Assembly: GCA_050015075.1 (NCBI GenBank)
Contig: JBEKCB010000027.1
Location: forward strand, 9,426 to 73,425
Source of the DNA: Candidatus Brocadiia bacterium
Lineage (GTDB): Bacteria; Planctomycetota; Brocadiia; CAIUPP01
Direction of reading: 5' to 3'
Length of the DNA: 64,000 nucleotides
Positions 1 through 9,856 of the stretch are shown piece after piece; position 1 is the first letter of the stretch, and every line of letters begins with the position of its first letter. Under the pieces are notes generated by a model. The model did no database searches. It was given only the letters and a program-made list of their open reading frames with translations, and was not told where the DNA came from. The translations under genes were made by a program, and so were the position numbers.

Positions 1-697
1 GCGCGAAGGAGGTCTTTCCCATGCTCGGCCGGCCCGCGACGATGATGAGTTCGCCGCTCTGCAGGCCGCTGGTGTATTCGTCCAGGTCGGCGAACCCGGT
101 GCCGAGTCCGCTGACCATGCCTTCCCGGCCGCGGTCAATCATCTCGAAGGCGGACTTGAGGACATCCTTGAAAGGAGTGACGTTGCTCTGGGCGCCGGCC
201 TCGGCGATGTGGAAGATCTTCGCCTCCGCCTCGTCGAGGAGTTCGCGGCTGCGGGCATCGCTGCGGGCGGCGGAGTCGGAGATCTCGCGCGTGGCGATGA
301 GCAGGTTGCGGAGGACGGACTTCTCGCGGACGATCTGGGCGTAATGTTCCACGTTGCCCGGCGCGGGCACGGCCTCCGCGAGCGAGGAAAGGTAGGCCAG
401 GCCGCCGACCATCTCGAGCGCGCCGCCGCGCTTGAGCTCTTCGGGCAGCGTGATCAGGTCCACGGCGCGCTGCTGGTCGTGGAGGGCGAGGATGGCCTCG
501 AAGATTTTTCGATGGGCGGCGGAGGCGAAATCGTCGGCGGTGAGGATCGGGACGACGACGTCCACGGTGTCGTTGTTGATGAGCATCGAGCCGAGGACGG
601 AGATCTCCGCGTCGGCGCTCTGCGGCAGGTCCGCCCCGCCGGTTGCGCGCGAGGGACTGGAACGCCGATCGAGGTCCGGCCTGCGCGCTCTTGCCAT
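1..697 (-). CDS. dnaB: Replicative DNA helicase DnaB (5' part; runs off the left edge)
   Basis: Manual translation from ATG at 697: ...LPQSADAEISVLGSML...GTGFADLDEYTSGLQSGELIIVAGRPSMGKTSFA (DnaB Walker A); follows rplI; not in the ORF track. Confidence 0.95.
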   Translation of the reverse strand, partial: MARARRPDLDRRSSPSRATGGADLPQSADAEISVLGSMLINNDTVDVVVPILTADDFASAAHRKIFEAILALHDQQRAVDLITLPEELKRGGALEMVGGLAYLSSLAEAVPAPGNVEHYAQIVREKSVLRNLLIATREISDSAARSDARSRELLDEAEAKIFHIAEAGAQSNVTPFKDVLKSAFEMIDRGREGMVSGLGTGFADLDEYTSGLQSGELIIVAGRPSMGKTSFA

Positions 698-720
698 GCC
701 ACTCTCCGTGGGAAGCCGCT

Positions 721-1164
721 CTACTCCGCGACGACCCAGATTTTGCAAGAACTCGCCAGCCCCGGCTTCAATTGAATGAGGATTTCCACGACACCGAGTT
801 CCTTGACGGGCTCGGTCAACTGGATCATCTTCTCTTCGACCCGGTACCCTTCCGCCTGCAGCAGGCCGGCGATCTGCGCGGCCGTGACCGAGCCGAACAG
901 ATGCCCTTCCTCGTTCGCCTTGGCCGGAATGGTGATGGAGACCTGCTTGAGCTTTTCGGCCATGCCGTCCAGCTCCTGGTCGAGGACCTTGCGCTCTTCC
1001 TCGGCCTTCTTCTTCTCGCTCTCGACGCGCCGGATGTTGCCGGGCGTGACCGCCACCGCCAACTGGCGCGGCAGGAGATAGTTCCGGCCGTAGCCGGACT
1101 TCACGTCCACCACCTCGCCGATGTGTCCGAGCCCTTCGATATCTTTACGCAAGAGAACCTGCAT
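721..1164 (-). CDS. rplI: 50S ribosomal protein L9
   Basis: MQVLLRKDIEGLG...VKSGYGRNYLLP, GHLFGSVT motifs. Confidence 0.98.
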   Translation of the reverse strand: MQVLLRKDIEGLGHIGEVVDVKSGYGRNYLLPRQLAVAVTPGNIRRVESEKKKAEEERKVLDQELDGMAEKLKQVSITIPAKANEEGHLFGSVTAAQIAGLLQAEGYRVEEKMIQLTEPVKELGVVEILIQLKPGLASSCKIWVVAE

Positions 1165-1218
1165 GCTATCGCTCCTGTCAGTTTCAAGCCGCGCCTGCGT
1201 GCGGGAGGCGGGCGGGCG

Positions 1219-1446
1219 TCAGCCGACGAACGGCATCAAACCGATGAACCGCGAACGCTTGATCGCCACCCGCGCGGACCGCTGGTGCCGCGCGCAGTTG
1301 CCCGACCGCTTCCGGGAGAACAGCCGGCCCCGGTTCGTGGTCAGCTTGGTGAGGGTCTGAACGTCCTTGTAGTCAATCGTGCCCATGCCCAGGCGGCAGA
1401 AACGGCACTTCGTGCGGTCGCGGAATTTCGGGGACTTCTTCTGCAT
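1219..1446 (-). CDS. rpsR: 30S ribosomal protein S18
   Basis: CRFC...IDYKDV...SGNCARHQR; rpsF-ssb-rpsR synteny. Confidence 0.97.
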   Translation of the reverse strand: MQKKSPKFRDRTKCRFCRLGMGTIDYKDVQTLTKLTTNRGRLFSRKRSGNCARHQRSARVAIKRSRFIGLMPFVG

Positions 1447-1459
1447 GACTCACCTCGGG

Positions 1460-1984
1460 TCAAAAAGGAATCTCGTCATTCACCTTGAACTGGCCGCCTT
1501 CGGGCGCGGAATCGGGCGGCTCGTCCGCGCCCGCGTCCGCCGGCGGACCTTCCGGCTCCTGCGCGCGGGACCGTCCCCGCGGCGCCTGCGACGAGCCCTG
1601 CTCCCGGCCTGCCGGCGCGCCGGGCGCGCCTTCGGCGGGCGCTCTGCGTCCGGTCGGCGCGCCGAGGAACTGGAAGTTTTCCACGACGACGCGCATCCTC
1701 GATCGCTTCTGGCCGTCCTTGCCTTCCCAGCTATCCAGCTTCAGCCGCCCCTCGACGAAGAGCGACGAGCCTTTCTTGCAGTACTCGCTGATGATCTCGG
1801 CGCCGCGCGCCCAGGCCTGGCAGTCCACGAAACAGACTTCCTCTTTCTTCTCGCCGTTCGGCCCTTTCCACTGGCGGTTGATGGCGATGCCGAATTCGCC
1901 CACCGCCGTGCCTTGCGGAGTGTAGCGCAACTCCGGATCGCGCGTCAGGTTGCCGATGAGGAAGACTTTATTCAGATTCGCCAT
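1460..1984 (-). CDS. ssb: Single-stranded DNA-binding protein
   Basis: NKVFLIGNLTRDPELRYT, acidic C-terminus DEIPF. Confidence 0.98.
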   Translation of the reverse strand: MANLNKVFLIGNLTRDPELRYTPQGTAVGEFGIAINRQWKGPNGEKKEEVCFVDCQAWARGAEIISEYCKKGSSLFVEGRLKLDSWEGKDGQKRSRMRVVVENFQFLGAPTGRRAPAEGAPGAPAGREQGSSQAPRGRSRAQEPEGPPADAGADEPPDSAPEGGQFKVNDEIPF

Positions 1985-2066
1985 CGCACGATCTCCGAGG
2001 CTGAAAAGCGCTTGCGGCGGCGCCGTGAGGCGCTACGACGCATGCCCTTGCGGGCGCACGACGAAC

Positions 2067-2546
2067 TTACTCCTCCTTGGCCGGCGCCGGCGTCGGAGCC
2101 GGAGCCGCAGCCGCAGCCGGGGCCACAGCGGGCGCCGCCTTGGGCTGCGCCGGAGCGGCCGGAGCCGCGGGAGCGCGTTCGCGTTCTTCCGACGACGAAC
2201 TCCGGTAGCGGCTGGACGGCGTGACCTCTTCCGGATTGCGCATCATCTCTTCGGACGGCATCTTCTCGATCTTGATGATCAGCGCCCGCAGCATCAGGCC
2301 GGAGAGTTCGCACTCGCGGTAGATCTCGTTGACCGCCGTTCCGGTGGCGTTGAAGTACATGAGCATGTAGGTGCCGCGGCGGCGGCCCTGCATCTCGTAG
2401 GCGAGCTTGCGCTCTCCCCATTTTTCCGTGCGCACGAGTTCGGCCCCGTGCTTGCTGAGTATGGATTTGAGCTTCTCCAGCGAACCGTCCCAATCGCGGT
2501 TCGCCTGCCGGTTATCCATGACGAACATCCCTTCATACAGGCTCAA
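2067..2546 (-). CDS. rpsF: 30S ribosomal protein S6 with Ala/Pro-rich C-terminal tail
   Basis: YEGMF...WGERKLAYEM motif; TTG start overlapping the pth stop. Confidence 0.95.
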   Translation of the reverse strand: MSLYEGMFVMDNRQANRDWDGSLEKLKSILSKHGAELVRTEKWGERKLAYEMQGRRRGTYMLMYFNATGTAVNEIYRECELSGLMLRALIIKIEKMPSEEMMRNPEEVTPSSRYRSSSSEERERAPAAPAAPAQPKAAPAVAPAAAAAPAPTPAPAKEE

Positions 2547-3139
2547 GCATCCGCCTCCTCTCTCTGGTCCTTATTCGCGTCGGGGCTGGCATTGAACTCG
2601 TTTTGACAGCGTTCCATTCCCGACTCCAGCCACACTTCAAGCGCGCGCACCGCGCGCTGCACCGCCTCGTCCAGCACCGGCCGTTCCGCGGCCGAAAACG
2701 TGGAGAGCACAAAATCGCGTCCGCGCCCGCCCTGCTCCGCGCCGATCCCGATGCGCAGCCGGGGCGGCTCCGCGCCGAGCGCGGCCAGGATCGAATCGAG
2801 CCCGTGATGGCCCGCGCTGCGCCCCTGGGGCCGCACGCGCAGACGTCCGAGCGCGAGGTTGAAATCGTCGCATACGACCATCACATCCGGCGTTTCCACG
2901 CGGCACCAGTCCACCGCCGCGCGCACGGCCCGCCCGCTCTCGTTGACGAACGTCTCCGGCTTCATCAGCAGCACTTTGGCGCCGCGCACGCTGCCTTCGG
3001 CGGTCCGGGAGTGGAACCGGCTTCGCCACGGGCCGATTCCGTGCTCGCGGGCCAGGAGATCCACCACCATGAACCCCGCGTTATGCCGCGTCTCGGCGTA
3101 CTCTTTGCCGGGGTTGCCGATGCCAACGATGATTTTCAT
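2543..3139 (-). CDS. pth: Peptidyl-tRNA hydrolase
   Basis: GIGNPGKEYAETRHNAGF, KPETFVNESG, RLRIGIG. Confidence 0.97.
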   Translation of the reverse strand: MKIIVGIGNPGKEYAETRHNAGFMVVDLLAREHGIGPWRSRFHSRTAEGSVRGAKVLLMKPETFVNESGRAVRAAVDWCRVETPDVMVVCDDFNLALGRLRVRPQGRSAGHHGLDSILAALGAEPPRLRIGIGAEQGGRGRDFVLSTFSAAERPVLDEAVQRAVRALEVWLESGMERCQNEFNASPDANKDQREEADA

Positions 3140-3198
3140 CTGCGGTCAACTCCGGTTCGACGTGGCTCACCGCAGGCGGTCGCATCGCCGCGCAGCGG

Positions 3199-3885
3199 TC
3201 AGGACTTCTGCTTCTCCTTGTCCTTCTCCTTGGGCTGTTCCTCTTCCTCCGCCTCGGCGGCTTCCTTGGCGGCGCGCCCGATGACCTCCGGCTCCGTGGA
3301 GGCGGCCTCGGCGGCGGGTGCGGCGGCGACCACTTCTTCCTCGCGCGTTTCCTTGACGATGAAGACGATCGCGTCGGGGTCCTCGGTGATCTTGGCGCCG
3401 GGCGGAACGGGCAGGTCCTTGACCTGGATCTTGTCGTTGAGGTCCATGCCCTCGACTTCGACGCGGATCTGCTCCGGGATCGCATCGGCCTTGCAGGCCA
3501 GGCTCACGCGGCGCAGCGGCTGTTCGAGCACGCCGCCGGAGAGCTGGCCCTTCGGCGTGCCGTGGGAGACGACCTCGACCTCGACCGTCACGATCTCGTC
3601 AAGCGCGACGCGCCCGAAGTCCACGTGGAGGATGGCCTGGCCCCAGGTGTCGAACTGGACTTCCTTCACCAGCGCGCGCTCCTGCCGGTCGCCCAGGCGG
3701 AGCGTCACCAGCCGGCGCCCGGTCTCCAGGGCATGGCGCAGCGCGTCGCCGGGCAAAGAAAGCATCACCACTTCCTGCCCGTGGCCGTAAAGGATGCCGG
3801 GCACCTTGCCCTGCGCCCGCAACTGGCGGGAAGAAGCCGAGCCTTTCGTCGTGCGCGGATCGGCTTTGAGTTCTTCGATCTTCAT
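3199..3885 (-). CDS. rplY: 50S ribosomal protein L25/Ctc
   Basis: LRAQGKVPGILYG, ILHVDF, EPEVI tail; prs-rplY-pth synteny. Confidence 0.96.
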   Translation of the reverse strand: MKIEELKADPRTTKGSASSRQLRAQGKVPGILYGHGQEVVMLSLPGDALRHALETGRRLVTLRLGDRQERALVKEVQFDTWGQAILHVDFGRVALDEIVTVEVEVVSHGTPKGQLSGGVLEQPLRRVSLACKADAIPEQIRVEVEGMDLNDKIQVKDLPVPPGAKITEDPDAIVFIVKETREEEVVAAAPAAEAASTEPEVIGRAAKEAAEAEEEEQPKEKDKEKQKS

Positions 3886-3895
3886 GCGGTGGACC

Positions 3896-4858
3896 TCAAT
3901 GGCTCTGGTTCATGAACAGCGAACTGACGGACTCGTTGACGTGGATGCGGTGGACGGCCTCGGCCAGAAGCTTGCTCACGGTGAGCGCCTTGAGCCGGCC
4001 GCCGACCTGCTTGATCTTGTCCGCCGCGGGGACGGAGTCGGTCACCACGACTTCCTTCAACACGGACCCCTTGAGCTTTTCGACTGCGGCGCCGCACAGG
4101 ATGGCGTGGGCCGCCGCGCCGTAGATCTCGCGCGCGCCGTACTCCCGCAGCGCCTGCGCGGCATTGGTCAGCGATCCGCCGGTCGTGATCATGTCGTCCA
4201 CGAGGAGGACGTTCTTGCCCTTCACGTCGCCGATGACCATGCCGGCCGAGGATTCCTCGGGAGAGATGCGCCGCTTGTCCACGACGGCGAGGCCGGCATC
4301 CAGCCAGGAGGCAAAAGCCCGGGCCATGCGGATGCCGCCGACGTCCGGCGTTGCGACCACCAGGTCCGGAAGGCCCAGCTCCCTGAAGTATCCCGAGAGC
4401 ACCGGCGCGGAGAACAGGTGGTCCACCGGGATGTCGAAGAATCCCTGGATTTGGGTCGCGTGCAGGTCCAGCGCCAGCACGCGGTCCACTCCGGCCTCGA
4501 CGAGCATGTTGGCGACGAGCTTGGCCGTGATCGGCACGCGGCCTTCGTCTTTGCGATCTTTCCGCGCGTAGCCGTAATAGGGCATCACGGCGGTGATCCG
4601 GCGCGCGGACGACCGGCGCGCCGCGTCCACCATGATGAGCAACTCCATGAGGTTCTCATTTACAGGCGGACAGGTCGGCTGTACAATGAAGATATCGCGC
4701 CCGCGGACGTCTTCGTTGATCTTGACGTTGATTTCGCCGTCCGGGAACCGCATGACGGAGGCGTCGCCCAAGGGCTCGCCGAGGCACTCGCATACTTTTT
4801 TAGCGAGGTCCGGGTTCCCGTTGCAGGCGAAAATCTTCAAGTCATCCCTGGGCGGCAC
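3896..4858 (-). CDS. prs: Ribose-phosphate pyrophosphokinase
   Basis: FPDGE, YGYARKDRK, DLHATQIQGFFDIP, VDDMITTGGSL. Confidence 0.98.
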   Translation of the reverse strand: MPPRDDLKIFACNGNPDLAKKVCECLGEPLGDASVMRFPDGEINVKINEDVRGRDIFIVQPTCPPVNENLMELLIMVDAARRSSARRITAVMPYYGYARKDRKDEGRVPITAKLVANMLVEAGVDRVLALDLHATQIQGFFDIPVDHLFSAPVLSGYFRELGLPDLVVATPDVGGIRMARAFASWLDAGLAVVDKRRISPEESSAGMVIGDVKGKNVLLVDDMITTGGSLTNAAQALREYGAREIYGAAAHAILCGAAVEKLKGSVLKEVVVTDSVPAADKIKQVGGRLKALTVSKLLAEAVHRIHVNESVSSLFMNQSH

Positions 4859-4978
4859 GGCCGACCTTCCTCAAAATGAGGCGCGAAAACACGACAAAAC
4901 CGCTGCGCTGGTGCGGGCTGCGGGAACAGTATCCGGGAAACGCAGAGAGAGCCGGACCGGCGCCAGCCCGAATGAGAC

Positions 4979-5007
4979 ACTATATCAGAGACGGCTGGCC
5001 ATTTCAA
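4979..5007 (-). promoter_or_regulatory. Putative sigma70 promoter of the prs operon
   Basis: Minus strand TTGAAA-17nt-TATAGT with TG extended -10. Confidence 0.65.
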
Positions 5008-5057
5008 GGGCAGTGCCGAGGCCAATATGCAGGCCGCCGCACACGGCCCGAGCAGGA

Positions 5058-5086
5058 TTGACAGAGTCCGGCACAGGGCCTAACAT
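5058..5086 (+). promoter_or_regulatory. Putative sigma70 promoter of the glycosyltransferase pair
   Basis: TTGACA-17nt-TAACAT, divergent from the prs promoter. Confidence 0.65.
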
Positions 5087-5124
5087 GCGCGCAGGAGAAG
5101 CTCTGCACTGTGGGAGGACGGCGC

Positions 5125-6246
5125 TTGATTCGAGTGCTGCACGTCATCGCGACGCTGGACCGCGCCGGTGCGGAGAAACAACTGGTTGACCTTTGCCGCA
5201 ACCTCGACCGTTCGGAATTCGAGCCCGCCATCTGCTGCCTGACGCGCGGCGGCCCCTTCGCCGCCGACCTGCGGCGGGCCGGCGTGTCCATCCACCTGCT
5301 GAACAAGCGCGGGCGTTGGGACTTGCGCGTCATCTGGCGCGCCATGCGCGTGATCCGCGAATTCCAGCCCCATATCGTCCACACCTGGCTGCCCACGGCC
5401 AACACTCTCGGCCGGGTGGCCAGCCTGGCCGCCGGCGTGCCCGTGCTGATCGCCTCCGAGCGCGCGAAGGATGCGTGGAAAGGCATGGCCCGGCTCACGG
5501 CCGACCGCATCCTGGCCAAGCGGACGACGCTGACGGTCACGAACGCCGAGGCGGTGCGGGACTTCCTTGTGGAGGAAATCGGGCTGCCGAAGGAGAAGAT
5601 CCGCGTCATCCGCAACGGCCTGGACCTGGCCGAGTTCGACGCCGCCGCAGCCAAAGGCCCGTCGGCGGCGCTCCCGGACCCCGAAGGATGCCTGGTCATC
5701 GGGGCCGTCGGAAGGCTGGAGCGGCAGAAAGGCATGGCAGACCTGCTCGAGGCCTTCGCGCGCCTGCCGGCCGACCTGCAACAGGTGAAGCTCTGGATCG
5801 TCGGCGAAGGCCCGTTGGAGCGCAAGCTGCAACGCAAGGCGGCCGAGATGGAGATGGAGGAACGCGTCCGCTTCCTGGGAGCGCGCTCCGACGTGCCCGC
5901 CCTGATGACGCGGTTCGATCTCTTCGTGCTCTCGTCGCTCTGGGAGGGCCTGCCGAACGTGGTGCTCGAGGCGATGGCCGCGCGCCGCGCGGTGGTCGCC
6001 ACCAAGGTGGACGGTACTCCGGAGGCGGTGACGCACGGCTGGACGGGCGTGCTGGTGCCTCCGTCCAATCCTGTGGTCCTGGCCCAGGCGATCGAGCGGC
6101 TCCTGCGCGATCCCGCGCTGCGGCGCAAGTACGGCGAAGCCGGCCGGCAGAAGGTGGAGCAACGCTTCGGCCTCGACCGCATGGTCAAGGAGACGCAGGC
6201 CATGTATCGCGAGGCGCTGGCGGAGGCGGGCATCCGTGATCCATGA
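5125..6246 (+). CDS. GT4-family (GT-B) glycosyltransferase
   Basis: GAEKQL, VGRLERQKG, SSLWEGLPNVVLEAMA (EX7E motif); TTG start after GGAGG (ORF track starts at 5110). Confidence 0.92.
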   Translation: MIRVLHVIATLDRAGAEKQLVDLCRNLDRSEFEPAICCLTRGGPFAADLRRAGVSIHLLNKRGRWDLRVIWRAMRVIREFQPHIVHTWLPTANTLGRVASLAAGVPVLIASERAKDAWKGMARLTADRILAKRTTLTVTNAEAVRDFLVEEIGLPKEKIRVIRNGLDLAEFDAAAAKGPSAALPDPEGCLVIGAVGRLERQKGMADLLEAFARLPADLQQVKLWIVGEGPLERKLQRKAAEMEMEERVRFLGARSDVPALMTRFDLFVLSSLWEGLPNVVLEAMAARRAVVATKVDGTPEAVTHGWTGVLVPPSNPVVLAQAIERLLRDPALRRKYGEAGRQKVEQRFGLDRMVKETQAMYREALAEAGIRDP

Positions 6247-7537
6247 GCGCCGCGAATTCGCCCGGGACGTGGCGGTCATCTTCGTCCTGGCGCTGGGAAT
6301 ACGGCTGGCGCTGGCGCTTTCCCTGCCGCCCAACGATACGGTGTCCTGGGACCAATCCTACTGGGAGTACGCGAGGAATTTCTCCGGCGGGCGCGGGTTC
6401 TGGATGCCGAACCCGTACAGCGACGCGGTGAACCTGCCGCGCGTCTATGCGTTCCGGCCGCCGCTCTTCCCGTTCGCCTGGGGGTGCGTCTTCCGCCTGA
6501 CTCACGGCGCGTATGCGCCGATCCGCATCGCCTTCGCGTTCCTGGGCGCCGCGACGTGCGCGATCGCGTACCTGGCGGGAATCGAGCTGACCGGGAAACG
6601 CATCGTCGCCGCCCTGGCGGGAATCCTCTGCGCCTTCTATCCGCCGCTCGTCTGGCACAGCGTCCACCTGATGACGGAGCCGCTGTTCATCTTCTTCTCG
6701 GCGGGTTGCATGTATGCGGCGTTCCTCTTCCGTCACACGGGGCGGCTCCGATGGGCGGCGCTGGCGGGCCTGGCCGCCGGGCTGGCGGCGCTGAGCCGTT
6801 CGATGTTGATCGGGTTTCTGCCGCTGCTGGCGATCTGGATGTGGTGGGCGCGCAGAAGGCTCGGGCGCGGGTGGTCCGGCGCGGCGCTTTTCTGCGCCGT
6901 GGCGCTGGCCACGCTGGCGCCGTGGATCGTCCGGAACGCCATCGTCTTCCGCGAATTCGTTCCGACGACCACGGATGCCGGACACGGTTTCTACGCGGCC
7001 AACAATGAGCGCTCGCTCGACGACCCGAGCGGGTTCTACATCCCCAAAGACTGGTCCTTCATGCTGAAGCCCGGCGAGACTTCGATCGGCGAGGTGGAGG
7101 CCAGCCGCAGGCTGATGCACATCGCGGGCGAGTACCTGCTGAGCCATCCGGGCGTCGCGCTGCGCCTGATGGCGCGGCGCTTCGCAGCGCTTTGGAAATT
7201 TTACCCGAATCCGGACTACGTCGGGCGAACGCAGGTGCTGGTCTACGCGCTGGCGTACATCCCGCTTTTTCCCTTCATCCTGTTCGGGCTGTGGCGCGCG
7301 CACCGCCGCCGCGAGGCGGAGCCGATGGACCTGCTGCTCGTGGACGGGCTCATTCTGTACACGACGGCGATCCACACGGTCTTCCTGGCCATGCTCCGCT
7401 ATCGCGAGCCGCTGATGCCCTTCCTGCTGATTTTCGCGGCGATGGGGATCCTGTGCGTCGTGGAGGGTTTGCGCCGGGAATCCGGACGGAAGGACGTTTC
7501 GGGGAAATGTCCGCCGGGCAAAGGCGCGCCGGCGTAA
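6236..7537 (+). CDS. Polytopic membrane GT-C glycosyltransferase (ArnT/PMT-like)
   Basis: Many TM segments, D..Y after TM1, RPPLFP, LMTEPLF, PWIVRN, RYR motifs. Confidence 0.75.
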   Translation: MIHERREFARDVAVIFVLALGIRLALALSLPPNDTVSWDQSYWEYARNFSGGRGFWMPNPYSDAVNLPRVYAFRPPLFPFAWGCVFRLTHGAYAPIRIAFAFLGAATCAIAYLAGIELTGKRIVAALAGILCAFYPPLVWHSVHLMTEPLFIFFSAGCMYAAFLFRHTGRLRWAALAGLAAGLAALSRSMLIGFLPLLAIWMWWARRRLGRGWSGAALFCAVALATLAPWIVRNAIVFREFVPTTTDAGHGFYAANNERSLDDPSGFYIPKDWSFMLKPGETSIGEVEASRRLMHIAGEYLLSHPGVALRLMARRFAALWKFYPNPDYVGRTQVLVYALAYIPLFPFILFGLWRAHRRREAEPMDLLLVDGLILYTTAIHTVFLAMLRYREPLMPFLLIFAAMGILCVVEGLRRESGRKDVSGKCPPGKGAPA

Positions 7538-7582
7538 GCGCTCGACGCGCTCGCTGGACCGCTCGACGCCCGGCCGGTCGCG

Positions 7583-8626
7583 CTACTCGGTCTTCTTCTC
7601 GCGCAGGACGATATCGTCGCGCATGACCGGGTCATCCGGGTCCGAGTTGAGGATCTCGGTGCGCGATACGAGGTCATCCACGCGAACGACCTGCAATTCG
7701 CCCTTCGGCTTGCGCTCGCCGCCCCTGCCGACGCGGACGACGGTGAACTTTTCGCCGTTCTGAATCTGCTCGTTCTTCCCCAGATTGATGATGGCCACGC
7801 CTTCAAGCGCGTCGGCCTGCAGGACCAATCCCTCGGTGACGGCGACGGCTTTCGGCATCTTGCGCGTCAGTTCCTCATTCATTTCGCGGACGCTCTGTTC
7901 CAGCTTCTGGATCTTCGCCTGCAGGTCGGCAGCCTCTTTCTTGTGGAGATCGGCCTGGGCGTGATTCTCGGCCCAGGCTTTCTTCGCCTCCTCGTCCGCT
8001 CTCGCCAGCAAGTCCTTGATCGTGGCCACGTCCTTGTCGTAGGCAGCCCTGGCGTCCTGCAAATCTTTGGCGGCCTTGTCCACGGTCGCCTTCAGGTCCG
8101 TGCTCTCCTGGGCCTGAAGGTTCTGAGCGTCCTTCATCTGCGCGGTGGCCAGTTGTAGGGCCTGGTCCCTCTCACTCAACTGCCGCTTCGCGGCGCCCAG
8201 GTCCTGGTTGAGCTTAGTGACGTACTCGCGGAGGTTCTCCGGTTCCGGCTGAAGCTGGGACTTCTGGAGTTCGGATGTGATGTCGTTGATGGGGTTCTCG
8301 CCGGCGTAGCCTGCCTTCTCGGCCAGCGCGGCGTAGTTGAGTCCGTCCAACGCGCTCTTCTGAACCTTGTTGAAGAAGGCGTCATCGTACGCGGCGTCCG
8401 ATGCGCTGGCGACCGGCAGGGCGCTGACGGCAAGGCCTTTAGCGTTCAGCGGCACTTGCAGGTCGTTCTTGATCGCGCTCTGAAGCTTGTTCAGGGATGC
8501 TCCTCGCTTGAGGTATCCCATGGCCAGGAAGACGCACACGCCTGCGAGGATTACGCTGAGCACAAGAAAGCCGATCATGCCGGTAAAGCCGGGACCGCCT
8601 CTGGAACGTTGTGGCGCGCGGGCCAT
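7583..8626 (-). CDS. Hypothetical membrane-anchored coiled-coil protein with C-terminal beta domain
   Basis: N-terminal hydrophobic helix, long heptad-rich region, C-terminal INLG...GEKFTV beta-rich domain; ATG 8626 preceded by GGAGG. Confidence 0.8.
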   Translation of the reverse strand: MARAPQRSRGGPGFTGMIGFLVLSVILAGVCVFLAMGYLKRGASLNKLQSAIKNDLQVPLNAKGLAVSALPVASASDAAYDDAFFNKVQKSALDGLNYAALAEKAGYAGENPINDITSELQKSQLQPEPENLREYVTKLNQDLGAAKRQLSERDQALQLATAQMKDAQNLQAQESTDLKATVDKAAKDLQDARAAYDKDVATIKDLLARADEEAKKAWAENHAQADLHKKEAADLQAKIQKLEQSVREMNEELTRKMPKAVAVTEGLVLQADALEGVAIINLGKNEQIQNGEKFTVVRVGRGGERKPKGELQVVRVDDLVSRTEILNSDPDDPVMRDDIVLREKKTE

Positions 8627-8665
8627 GAGTATCCTCCGTAAACCCCGTGAAACCAATTGTGTGAT

Positions 8666-8694
8666 AGTTTAGGCGGAATTCTCCGGCCTGTCAA
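8666..8694 (-). promoter_or_regulatory. Putative sigma70 promoter overlapping the 3' end of the DUF763 gene
   Basis: Minus strand TTGACA-17nt-TAAACT. Confidence 0.6.
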
Positions 8695-9811
8695 GCAAAA
8701 ACGAGGGGCTCGGCTGCGTGACGCCCCTGGGCCGAGGCTTTTCGAGGTCGAACGCCGCCAGCCGGCGCAGCGCGCGGGTGCGATCGTACTCGCCCATCTT
8801 TGCGGCGGAAACCGCCCGGCGGAGCACTTCGATGGACTGGCCGTAAGTCTCGCAGTCCACCGGATAAGGGTGGCCGTCTTTTCCGCCGTGCGCATAGGAG
8901 AACCGCGCCGGATCGCGGAAGCTCGGCGCGGCGCCGTAGATGAGTTCCGAGATCAGGCTCAACGCGCGCAGGCTCTTCGCGCCCAGGCCCGGCGTCGCGA
9001 GCACGGCGGCGAAGTCCTGCGCCCCGCTTTCATACGTGGCGAGCAGCACTTTTTGAAGCCGGGCGGGATTAATATCGGCGATGGAAAGCGGATGGCGCGC
9101 GGGCAGCGCCAGGTGAAACGCGCGCTCGATCTCCAGGCGCGCTTCCTCCGGCTTCGCCGCGGCGATCGAGGCGATCGCGGCGCGGCAGCGGTCGCTCTCC
9201 CGCGCGACGAGGTTCAGCGCCGCGACGCGCGTGTCGCAGCACACCGCTGCGTGCGGCTCGCAGACGAAGTCCTCCACGCCCGAGGAGAGCCAATGGTACC
9301 GCCGCGCGGTCCGGTTGACTTCATTCATCCCCTGCTGAACGACGCACCACAGGCCGCTGCGGGTGAAGATGAAGCAGTGGTGATAGATCTGGTATCCGTC
9401 CTGCACGGCGGCGCTGTCCACCTTGGCGGACATCCGGCTGGCATAGACCAGCGAGCCGGCGGAGCGCCCGGTGGTCTCGCAGGCGCGCTCGATCTCGCTC
9501 GGGGTGTTCCGCGAGACGCGTCCCTTGCCGCCGCAGACGAAGATGCCCAGCTCGCGCTCCAGCGGCCGCATCCCTTCCTTGAGCGCGCCACACGTGGTGG
9601 TGGTCACGCCGCTGGAGTGCCAGTCGAAGCCGAGGACGCAGCCGAACGCCTGGAACCAGAACGGGTCGGAGAGCCGGCGCAGGAGTTCGTCCGGCCCGGA
9701 GTCGGAGGCGATCAGCAGCACGATCTCCCGCGCGAGCTGCGTCATTCGCCGGAAGAGCCACTGCGGCGCATCGCCGCCGTGCAACGGAAGACTTGCCGTG
9801 CCGGTGCGCAT
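8669..9811 (-). CDS. DUF763 domain protein
   Basis: LPLHGG.APQWLF.RM, DPFWFQAFGCVLGFDWHSSGVTT, SAKVDSAAVQDGYQIYHH, FSYAHGGKDGHPYPVD. Confidence 0.9.
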   Translation of the reverse strand: MRTGTASLPLHGGDAPQWLFRRMTQLAREIVLLIASDSGPDELLRRLSDPFWFQAFGCVLGFDWHSSGVTTTTCGALKEGMRPLERELGIFVCGGKGRVSRNTPSEIERACETTGRSAGSLVYASRMSAKVDSAAVQDGYQIYHHCFIFTRSGLWCVVQQGMNEVNRTARRYHWLSSGVEDFVCEPHAAVCCDTRVAALNLVARESDRCRAAIASIAAAKPEEARLEIERAFHLALPARHPLSIADINPARLQKVLLATYESGAQDFAAVLATPGLGAKSLRALSLISELIYGAAPSFRDPARFSYAHGGKDGHPYPVDCETYGQSIEVLRRAVSAAKMGEYDRTRALRRLAAFDLEKPRPRGVTQPSPSFLLDRPENSA

Positions 9812-9856
9812 GTCGAAGGCTTCCGATCTATCGCCCGCAAAGGGGAATGGTCGCGG

